Shown here: piece by piece, positions 16,528 through 22,707 of the stretch
Layout of the letters: every line of letters starts with the position of its first letter
How positions within the stretch are numbered: position 1 is the first letter of the stretch
Assembly (NCBI GenBank): GCA_035703635.1
Contig: DASSXV010000013.1
Span: 1 to 25,993, forward strand
DNA from: Trueperaceae bacterium
Lineage (GTDB): Bacteria > Deinococcota > Deinococci > Deinococcales > Trueperaceae
Length of the DNA stretch: 25,993 nt
Direction: 5' to 3'
Notes under the pieces: generated by a model
The model's input: the letters and a program-made list of their open reading frames with translations, nothing else
Databases searched by the model: none
Told to the model about the DNA's origin: nothing
Made by a program: the position numbers and the translations under genes

Positions 16528-17307
16528 TCACAGCCCGTGGAACAGGGTGAGGAGCGGCTCCAAGCCGACGGTGCCGCCGAGGATCTGGCTGAGCGCGAGC
16601 TCGAAGCGGTGTGCCTCGACGTCTCGACGATTGAACGTGAGAGCGCCGACTGCGATGGCGCGGCTGCGCAGGTCAGACACGTTCGTATCTATGAGGTCTA
16701 TGACCGTGAGGTGCGGCCCGAGGAGGCTGTCGTCGACTCGCGCGTTCTTGTCGAGGCGCAGCACGAGGTCGGCGCGTGCGAGCAGCGTGTTGCCGAGCGG
16801 GTCGGTTAAAGAGCGCGCGTACACGGTCGTGCCAGCCGCTTCCGGCTTGGCGCGTTCGGCGGTGACCCGGTCGCTAGCGAGGATCGCGAGAGACGCGACG
16901 CCTAGGCGCGCGAACTCGCGTGCGGCGGCGCGAGCGTCCGGTCCAGCGCCCAAGATGACGGCGTGCGCACCGTCAGCGTGCCAGCGCCGCGCACCGAGCA
17001 TGGTGCTGAGCGCCCGACCGAAGGTGTGGTCTGCCATAACCCCGGCTTGCGTGACGGTAAGCGTGTCGGCCACGCCTAAGTCCGATGCGTCGAGCGACGC
17101 GCGCGCCGCGACCGACTTAGCCTCGGCCTGGCGCGCCTCGTCGAGTATCACGGCGCCAGCGAAATCGAGTCGCTGCAACGCGCGCACGAGGTCGCTCATC
17201 GAGCCGTCTGGTACGGCGTGGATGAGGAAGCGGCCGGATTCGTCGCGGAAGTCACGTAGTGCGTGTTTGAGGTTGGAGTCTTCCGTGACGAGCGCCACTA
17301 AATGCAT
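16528..17307 (-). CDS. Shikimate dehydrogenase (AroE)-like protein with degenerate substrate-binding site
   Basis: Two-domain AroE layout and length (259 aa). Rossmann motif AVILGAGPDARAAA corresponds to lGAGGaarA; LGVADTL corresponds to iGAvNT; DHTFG corresponds to yNTDG. Confidence 0.75.
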   Translation of the reverse strand: MHLVALVTEDSNLKHALRDFRDESGRFLIHAVPDGSMSDLVRALQRLDFAGAVILDEARQAEAKSVAARASLDASDLGVADTLTVTQAGVMADHTFGRALSTMLGARRWHADGAHAVILGAGPDARAAAREFARLGVASLAILASDRVTAERAKPEAAGTTVYARSLTDPLGNTLLARADLVLRLDKNARVDDSLLGPHLTVIDLIDTNVSDLRSRAIAVGALTFNRRDVEAHRFELALSQILGGTVGLEPLLTLFHGL

Positions 17308-17314
17308 GGGGCCG

Positions 17315-17323
17315 AGCTTACCA
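17315..17323 (-). promoter_or_regulatory. Extended -10 promoter for the leaderless AroE-like gene
   Basis: Minus strand TGG-TAAGCT-cggcccc-ATG. Confidence 0.6.
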
Positions 17324-17350
17324 GGGGCGCGCAGCCTCGATGCGACCCCA

Positions 17351-17359
17351 TGGTAGAAT
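17351..17359 (+). promoter_or_regulatory. Extended -10 promoter for the thrS leader and thrS
   Basis: TGG-TAGAAT-catcag-GTG. Confidence 0.65.
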
Positions 17360-17365
17360 CATCAG

Positions 17366-17437
17366 GTGCTACACGCGTATTGCTTCGACCACTACCTGGC
17401 TCCTGGCACGCGTCCTTACCGGCGAACGCGTCGCTGA
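17366..17437 (+). CDS. Putative leaderless thrS leader peptide, 23 aa (MLHAYCFDHYLAPGTRPYRRTRR)
   Basis: GTG 6 nt after TAGAAT. Two ACG-CGT (Thr-Arg) codon pairs in the 3' half. Stop codon lies in the loop of a CGTCGC-TGAA-GCGACG hairpin. Confidence 0.4.
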   Translation: MLHAYCFDHYLAPGTRPYRRTRR

Positions 17438-17557
17438 AGCGACGACTTTGACTCACACCCACTTCGCCGTAACGCCGGGCTCCCCGGCGCCACCAGCAAC
17501 TCACAACGCCAGGGTCGCGCCACCAGGCCGCGATCCGCAGAACGGTTCAGGTGACCC

Positions 17558-19540
17558 ATGTTCGTACTCCTACCAGACGGTAAACGCCTAGACCTCCCAG
17601 TTCACGCGAACGGCTTCGACGTCGCCAGCGCCATCGGGCCGGGCTTGGCAAAGGCGGCGCTCGGCGTGCGCGTAAATGGCAAGCTCTCCGACTTGCAGAG
17701 CAGCGTGCCTGACGGCGCCGAGGTGGCCATCGTCACCAAGCGGGACGCGGAGTCGTTGTTTCTCGCGCGCCATACTCTCGCGCACGTCATGGCGCAGGCC
17801 GTCCGTGAGGAGTTCGTCGCCGAGGGGTTCGCGCCTGAGTCCGTGAAGATGGGTATCGGTCCCGTCATCGAGAACGGCTTCTATTACGACTTCGACCTAC
17901 CGCGCTCCCTCACCCCAGAGGACCTCGGCGTGATCGAGGAGCGCATGCGCGCCATCATCAAGGCCGACTTGCCGTTGGTCAAGTACGAGCTGCCGCGCGG
18001 CGAAGCGTTGGCGCGCTTCGAGAAGCAGGGCGACCCTTACAAGGTCGAGCTCATCACCGACCTGCCGGTTGGCGAGCACATCACCTTCTACGAGCAGGGT
18101 GGCAGCGGCGGTTTCACGGACTTGTGCCGCGGCCCGCACTTGCCGCGCACCGGCGCGTTGGCCGTCGCCTTCAAGCTCATGAGCGTTGCTGGCGCTTACT
18201 GGCGGGGCGACGAGTCGCGGCCCATGCTGCAACGCATCTACGGCGTGGCTTTCGCTACCAAGGAGGAACTCGAGCGCCACCTGTGGCAGCTCGAGGAGGC
18301 CAAGAAGCGCGATCACCGCAAGCTGGGCGCCGAGCTAGACATCTTCGTCATCGACGAGGACGTCGGCCCGGGTTTGCCGCTATGGTTGCCGCGCGGCGCC
18401 ATCATGGTTGAGGAGATCGAGCGGCTGGCGAAGGAGACGGAGGAGGCCGCGGGCTACCAACGCGTGCGCAGCCCGCACCTTTCGAAGGAGCAGCTCTTCT
18501 TGAAGTCGGGGCACCTGCCCTACTACGCGGAGTCCATGTACCCGCCGATGGTGTTCGAGGACGGCGAGAAGTACTACGTCAAGCCGATGAACTGCCCGTT
18601 CCACCACAAGATCTACGCGGCGAGGCAGCATAGTTACCGCGACCTGCCGCTGCGCCTGGCCGAGTACGGCACGTGTTACCGCTACGAGGACTCCGGCGCC
18701 CTCGTTGGACTCATGCGCGTCCGGTCGATGCAGATGAACGACGCGCACATCTACTGCACCGAGGAGCAGTTCGCCACCGAGTTCCTCAACGTCGTCGCCC
18801 TCTACACGAAGTACTTCGACCTCTTCGGCATCACCGATTACCAGATGCGCCTCTCGAAGCACGCCCCCGCTGGGCTGGGCAAGAAGTACGTCGACGAGCC
18901 GGAGCTGTGGCTCAAGACCGAGGCCATGGTGCGAGACGCGCTCGTTAGCGCCGGCGTGCCGTTCGTCGAGGAGGAGGACGAGGCCGCCTTCTACGGCCCG
19001 AAGATCGACGTCCAGATCAGGAGCGTCATCGGCCGCGAGTTCACGCTAGCAACTAACCAGGTCGACTTCGCGCAGCCCGCCCGCTTCGACCTGACTTACG
19101 TCGACGAGAACAACGAACGCAAGACCCCACTGTGCTTGCACCGCGCGCCGCTCTCGACCCACGAGCGCCTCATCGGCTTCCTGATCGAGCACTTCGCTGG
19201 CGACTTCCCCGTGTGGCTTGCGCCTGAGCAGGTGCGCATCGTGCCGATCGCCGACCGTCACGTCGCTTACGCTCGTGCACTCGAAGCGCGCCTGGCTGCC
19301 GCCGGGTTGCGTAGCGAAGTCGACGAGAGCAACGAACGCATGAACGCCAAGATCCGCGACGCCGAGCTCTACAAGGTGCCTTACATCGTCGTGGTCGGCG
19401 ATAAGGAGGAGGCAGCGGGAGAAGTATCGTTCCGCAGCCGCCAGGAGCCGGACCGCCAGGCCGTGGCAGCCGACGCGTTCATCGCCCATCTGCAGGACGC
19501 TCATGCTCGGCGCCTCCTCAAGGTGGCGCCGCTGGCCTGA
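17558..19540 (+). CDS. thrS: Threonine--tRNA ligase
   Basis: TGS domain, RHTLAHVMAQAV, DLCRGPH editing motif, GAYWRGD, RDHRKLG, KPMNCP, AAFYGPKID, LHRA, WLAPEQV, anticodon-binding domain. Confidence 0.98.
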   Translation: MFVLLPDGKRLDLPVHANGFDVASAIGPGLAKAALGVRVNGKLSDLQSSVPDGAEVAIVTKRDAESLFLARHTLAHVMAQAVREEFVAEGFAPESVKMGIGPVIENGFYYDFDLPRSLTPEDLGVIEERMRAIIKADLPLVKYELPRGEALARFEKQGDPYKVELITDLPVGEHITFYEQGGSGGFTDLCRGPHLPRTGALAVAFKLMSVAGAYWRGDESRPMLQRIYGVAFATKEELERHLWQLEEAKKRDHRKLGAELDIFVIDEDVGPGLPLWLPRGAIMVEEIERLAKETEEAAGYQRVRSPHLSKEQLFLKSGHLPYYAESMYPPMVFEDGEKYYVKPMNCPFHHKIYAARQHSYRDLPLRLAEYGTCYRYEDSGALVGLMRVRSMQMNDAHIYCTEEQFATEFLNVVALYTKYFDLFGITDYQMRLSKHAPAGLGKKYVDEPELWLKTEAMVRDALVSAGVPFVEEEDEAAFYGPKIDVQIRSVIGREFTLATNQVDFAQPARFDLTYVDENNERKTPLCLHRAPLSTHERLIGFLIEHFAGDFPVWLAPEQVRIVPIADRHVAYARALEARLAAAGLRSEVDESNERMNAKIRDAELYKVPYIVVVGDKEEAAGEVSFRSRQEPDRQAVAADAFIAHLQDAHARRLLKVAPLA

Positions 19541-19567
19541 GCTCGCAACTTTATTAGTCAAAGAAGT

Positions 19568-19598
19568 GGCGCGCGCCGTGACAACCACGGCGCGCGCC
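19568..19598. terminator. Bidirectional intrinsic terminator between convergent thrS and cyclophilin genes
   Basis: Perfect 13-bp stem GGCGCGCGCCGTG / CACGGCGCGCGCC with 5-nt loop, followed by ACTTCTTT on the minus strand and CCCTTTC on the plus strand. Confidence 0.85.
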
Positions 19599-19620
19599 CC
19601 CTTTCGTGCGTGAGCTGCGC

Positions 19621-20196
19621 TTAGCGCGCGTAGATGGTCACGCTGGACATCTGATCTGGCTGCGGTCCGCCGCGGCGGCCAGGGTCGATGCGCTGGATCT
19701 GGTCGAGGAGTTCGCCGCCGCCGATGACCTTGCCGAAGACGCTGTGCTTGCCGTCCAGCCAGGGCGTATCGACGAAGGTGATGAAGAACTGCGAGCCGTT
19801 AGTGCCCTCACCGCGTGGGCCGGGGCCAGCGTTGGCCATGCTCAGGACACCGATGCCCTTGTGGCTGAGGTCGGGGTGGAACTCGTCCGCGAAGTTGTAG
19901 CCCGGACCGCCGCTGCCGGTGCCGGTAGGGTCGCCGGTTTGGGCCATGAAGTCCTCCAGCACGCGGTGGAAGACGATGCCGTCGTAGTAGTGGTTGAGTG
20001 CGAGGAACACGAAGTTGTTGACGGTGTTCGGCGCCTTGTCTGCGTAGAGTTCGAGCACGAGGTCACCCTTGTTGGTGCTGACTAGTGCGCGGTACTCCTT
20101 GCCGGCTTGGAGGACGGACTCTGCCTGTGCGAAGCGCGTCTTGCGCTCGGCGGAGAGCTCAGGTACTTGCTGGAAACCTTCGAGGAGTTCGTTCAC
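19621..20196 (-). CDS. Cyclophilin-type peptidyl-prolyl cis-trans isomerase, cytoplasmic
   Basis: [71 protein letters not shown]. No signal peptide. Confidence 0.95.
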   Translation of the reverse strand: MNELLEGFQQVPELSAERKTRFAQAESVLQAGKEYRALVSTNKGDLVLELYADKAPNTVNNFVFLALNHYYDGIVFHRVLEDFMAQTGDPTGTGSGGPGYNFADEFHPDLSHKGIGVLSMANAGPGPRGEGTNGSQFFITFVDTPWLDGKHSVFGKVIGGGELLDQIQRIDPGRRGGPQPDQMSSVTIYAR

Positions 20197-20266
20197 GACG
20201 TTCGGACCTTTCTGGGAGGCGTTACGCGGCCTCCGCGCGTTATGGCGTTGGCGTGGTTAGGCGCGT

Positions 20267-21319
20267 TTAGTTGCGCGGGCGCGCGGCGATGACGACGGCA
20301 TCTAGCTGATCCGGGTTGGGGAAGAAGCCGAAGGCCGACTGGCCGCCTGCCTGGCCGGCAGCGCCGACGTAACCGGCGACGTTGAACGACTGGCCAGGCA
20401 GCGGCAGCGTGCCGAGCAGGGCCTCGATGGCGTCGGCTACTGTCATGTCGTCTGCGCCTGGCAGGTCGACGCCTTGGCTACGCAACGAAGCGAGCGTGTC
20501 GTCGTAGAAGGCGATGGCGCTCGGCGTGCCAGGATCCACGCGCGTGATGGCGTCAAGCACTTCCTCGCCGGCGATGACGCGTCCGAAGATGGTGTGCTTA
20601 CCGTCAAGCCACTCGGTCGGCTCGAAGGTGATGAAGAACTGCGAGCCGTTAGTGCCGCTGCCGTCTGCGGCCTTGCCTGCGTTGGCCATGGCGAGGATGC
20701 CGCGTGAGTCGAAGCTGAGGTCGGCGACGATCTCGTCGTCGAACTGGTAGCCGGGTCCACCGCGACCGGTGCCGGTCGGGTCGCCCGTTTGGGCCATGAA
20801 GCCCTCTAGTACGCGGTGGAAAGGCACGCCGTCGTAGTAGTGATTGAGGGCGAGGAACACGAAGTTGTTGACGGTGACGGGTGTGGCGGCAGCGTATAGC
20901 TCGACCGTCATGTCGCCGCGGTTCGTGCGGAGCACCGCCACGTAGTCGAGGTCAGGGTCGATAACCTGCTGCGGGGCGTCGAAGGCCTGAACGGGCGCCT
21001 CGGTGAGGTACGGAACCTGGGTGTAGCCGTCCGGTAACTTCGCGCCCTGCGCCTCGCTAGCTTCTGTTCCTTGCTCGTCTACTGGGGTGCCATCCTGCGC
21101 TGCGGTCGGCTCTTCGTCAGAGCTGGCGGGCTCGTCGGCGTCCGCCGGTTCGGTCGCGGCTGGCGGCTCGGCCTCCGTGGCGGGGGCTGGCGGGGTGGTG
21201 TTGGCGGTCTGCACGACCGTCGGCGCCGTGCTTTGCCCGGCGGAGCGGTCGCGCGCGAGCCAGAAGCCGCTCGCGACGATGACGGCGAGGAGCACGGCGA
21301 GGGCGACGACGCGGCTCAT
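20267..21319 (-). CDS. Membrane-anchored cyclophilin-type PPIase with acidic Pro/Ala linker and C-terminal inserted domain, 350 aa
   Basis: Start at ATG 21319 ([30 protein letters not shown]) gives an N-terminal TM anchor. Full cyclophilin motifs [37 protein letters not shown]. Confidence 0.92.
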   Translation of the reverse strand: MSRVVALAVLLAVIVASGFWLARDRSAGQSTAPTVVQTANTTPPAPATEAEPPAATEPADADEPASSDEEPTAAQDGTPVDEQGTEASEAQGAKLPDGYTQVPYLTEAPVQAFDAPQQVIDPDLDYVAVLRTNRGDMTVELYAAATPVTVNNFVFLALNHYYDGVPFHRVLEGFMAQTGDPTGTGRGGPGYQFDDEIVADLSFDSRGILAMANAGKAADGSGTNGSQFFITFEPTEWLDGKHTIFGRVIAGEEVLDAITRVDPGTPSAIAFYDDTLASLRSQGVDLPGADDMTVADAIEALLGTLPLPGQSFNVAGYVGAAGQAGGQSAFGFFPNPDQLDAVVIAARPRN

Positions 21320-21435
21320 GCCTGCGCCTCGGCGACCAGGGTCGCGGCGGCTGCGCCAGTGGGCCGGAGCGGCGCTCTTGGCGACCGCCGCGCGGTTGAC
21401 GCAGTGAAAGAGTGTTGTGTCGGGGTCGATTTCAT
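21316..21435 (-). CDS. Possible 39-aa upstream ORF ([39 protein letters not shown])
   Basis: ATG 8 nt after TAGACT. Its TGA overlaps the cyclophilin ATG (ATGA). Confidence 0.3.
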   Translation of the reverse strand: MKSTPTQHSFTASTARRSPRAPLRPTGAAAATLVAEAQA

Positions 21436-21443
21436 GACCCGGT

Positions 21444-21449
21444 AGTCTA
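21444..21449 (-). promoter_or_regulatory. -10 box (TAGACT) for the cyclophilin pair
   Basis: TANNNT hexamer in the divergent cyclophilin/pilT intergenic region. Confidence 0.45.
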
Positions 21450-21576
21450 CCGGTTGGCAACATGAGAGCCGCGTCGCCCGCGCGCCAGCCGACCCCTCAG
21501 GTGGCACAAGCGCACTAGGTGCTGTCAAGTGCGGGATTGCACAAGCGCTTGCAAGAACGCCGTCAGAACCCCTGAC

Positions 21577-21582
21577 TACAGT
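21577..21582 (+). promoter_or_regulatory. -10 box for leaderless pilT-like gene
   Basis: TACAGT-ggacac-ATG. Confidence 0.6.
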
Positions 21583-21588
21583 GGACAC

Positions 21589-22683
21589 ATGCACTTCAAC
21601 GACTTGCTGCAACAGATCGTCGAGCGGGGGGCGTCCGACGTTCACATTCACGTTGGCCTACCGGCCATGGCCCGCGTGAGCGGCAAGCTCACACCCGTTA
21701 CCGAGGGGCGCATCACGCCCAAGTTCACGTCGGCGCTTGTCGACCTCATGTGCAACCCGAGCCAGAAGGCGGCCTTCGACACCAAGCACCAGGTCGACCT
21801 CGCGTACTCCGTTGCCGGCCTTGGCCGCTTCCGCGTCAACCTCTTCCGCCAACGCGGGAGCGTCAGCGCGGTACTACGCGTCATCAACTCAAACGAGGAG
21901 TCGCTCAAGGTCGTCAACCTGCCGCAAGACGCCATCGAGTACTTCCGCGACCAGGAGAAAGGGCTCGTGCTCGTCACTGGCCCGACTGGCTCCGGCAAGT
22001 CGACGACCCTCTCGCGCATAGTGCACGAGATCAACGTCACCCACGCGAAGATGATCGTCACGGTCGAGGACCCCATCGAGTACCTTCACCGCTCGCACAA
22101 CTCGATCGTCGTGCAGCGCGAGCTCGGGATGGACGCGCCGTCGTTCTCGGAGGCCCTGACTGCGGCGATGCGCCAAGACCCGGACGTCATCCTCATCGGC
22201 GAGATCCGCGATCACGCCACCGCCGCCGCCGCCATCAGTGCGGCGCAGACCGGCCACCTCGTCTTCAGCACCCTGCACACGCAGGACTCAGTGAGGACGA
22301 TCAACCGCGTGCTCGAGCTGTTTCCGCCCCACGAGCGCGAGACCGCCCGCGTGCTGTTCGCGGAATCGCTCGTCGGCGTCGTCTCGCAAAGGCTGCTGCC
22401 GCGCACGGGCGGGAAGGGGAGGGTGGCCGCCACCGAGATCCTCAAGGCCACCTTGCGCGTCAAGGACCTCATCCGCGACCCTGAGCGCACCCCGGAACTC
22501 TACGACGTGCTCCGCGAAGCCGTGCTGGACGGCATGCGCTCCTTCGACGATCACCTCGCCCAGCTCTACGCGGAGGGCATCATCGACTTCGAGACGGGCT
22601 ACAGCTCGGCCACCAGCAGTCAGGCGTTCAAGATGGCCGCCACCCAGATCAACGTAGGGCGCGACACCATCGTCGCCAACTGA
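21589..22683 (+). CDS. pilT: Type IV pilus retraction ATPase, PilT/PilU family, 364 aa
   Basis: GASDVHI, GRFRVNLFRQRG, Walker A GPTGSGKSTT, TVEDPIEYLH, RQDPDVILIGEIRD, His box TGHLVFSTLHT. The AIRNLIRE motif is RVKDLIRD, suggesting a secondary PilT2/PilU-like paralogue. Confidence 0.92.
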   Translation: MHFNDLLQQIVERGASDVHIHVGLPAMARVSGKLTPVTEGRITPKFTSALVDLMCNPSQKAAFDTKHQVDLAYSVAGLGRFRVNLFRQRGSVSAVLRVINSNEESLKVVNLPQDAIEYFRDQEKGLVLVTGPTGSGKSTTLSRIVHEINVTHAKMIVTVEDPIEYLHRSHNSIVVQRELGMDAPSFSEALTAAMRQDPDVILIGEIRDHATAAAAISAAQTGHLVFSTLHTQDSVRTINRVLELFPPHERETARVLFAESLVGVVSQRLLPRTGGKGRVAATEILKATLRVKDLIRDPERTPELYDVLREAVLDGMRSFDDHLAQLYAEGIIDFETGYSSATSSQAFKMAATQINVGRDTIVAN

Positions 22684-22707
22684 GCTGGCCCTGGCCTAGC
22701 CCGCGCG

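Noticed and set aside
16298-17356. 352-aa plus-strand ORF and other long antisense or alternative-frame ORFs (e.g. 6097-6882, 8239-9066, 21750-22484)
   Set aside because: Shadow ORFs typical of high-GC DNA, overlapping well-supported genes and lacking recognisable motifs.
17340-17591. 83-aa Thr-rich ORF overlapping the thrS start as the leader peptide
   Set aside because: Its ATG lies upstream of the best -10 box (17354-17359) and has no RBS. It is kept only as an alternative within the thrS leader finding.
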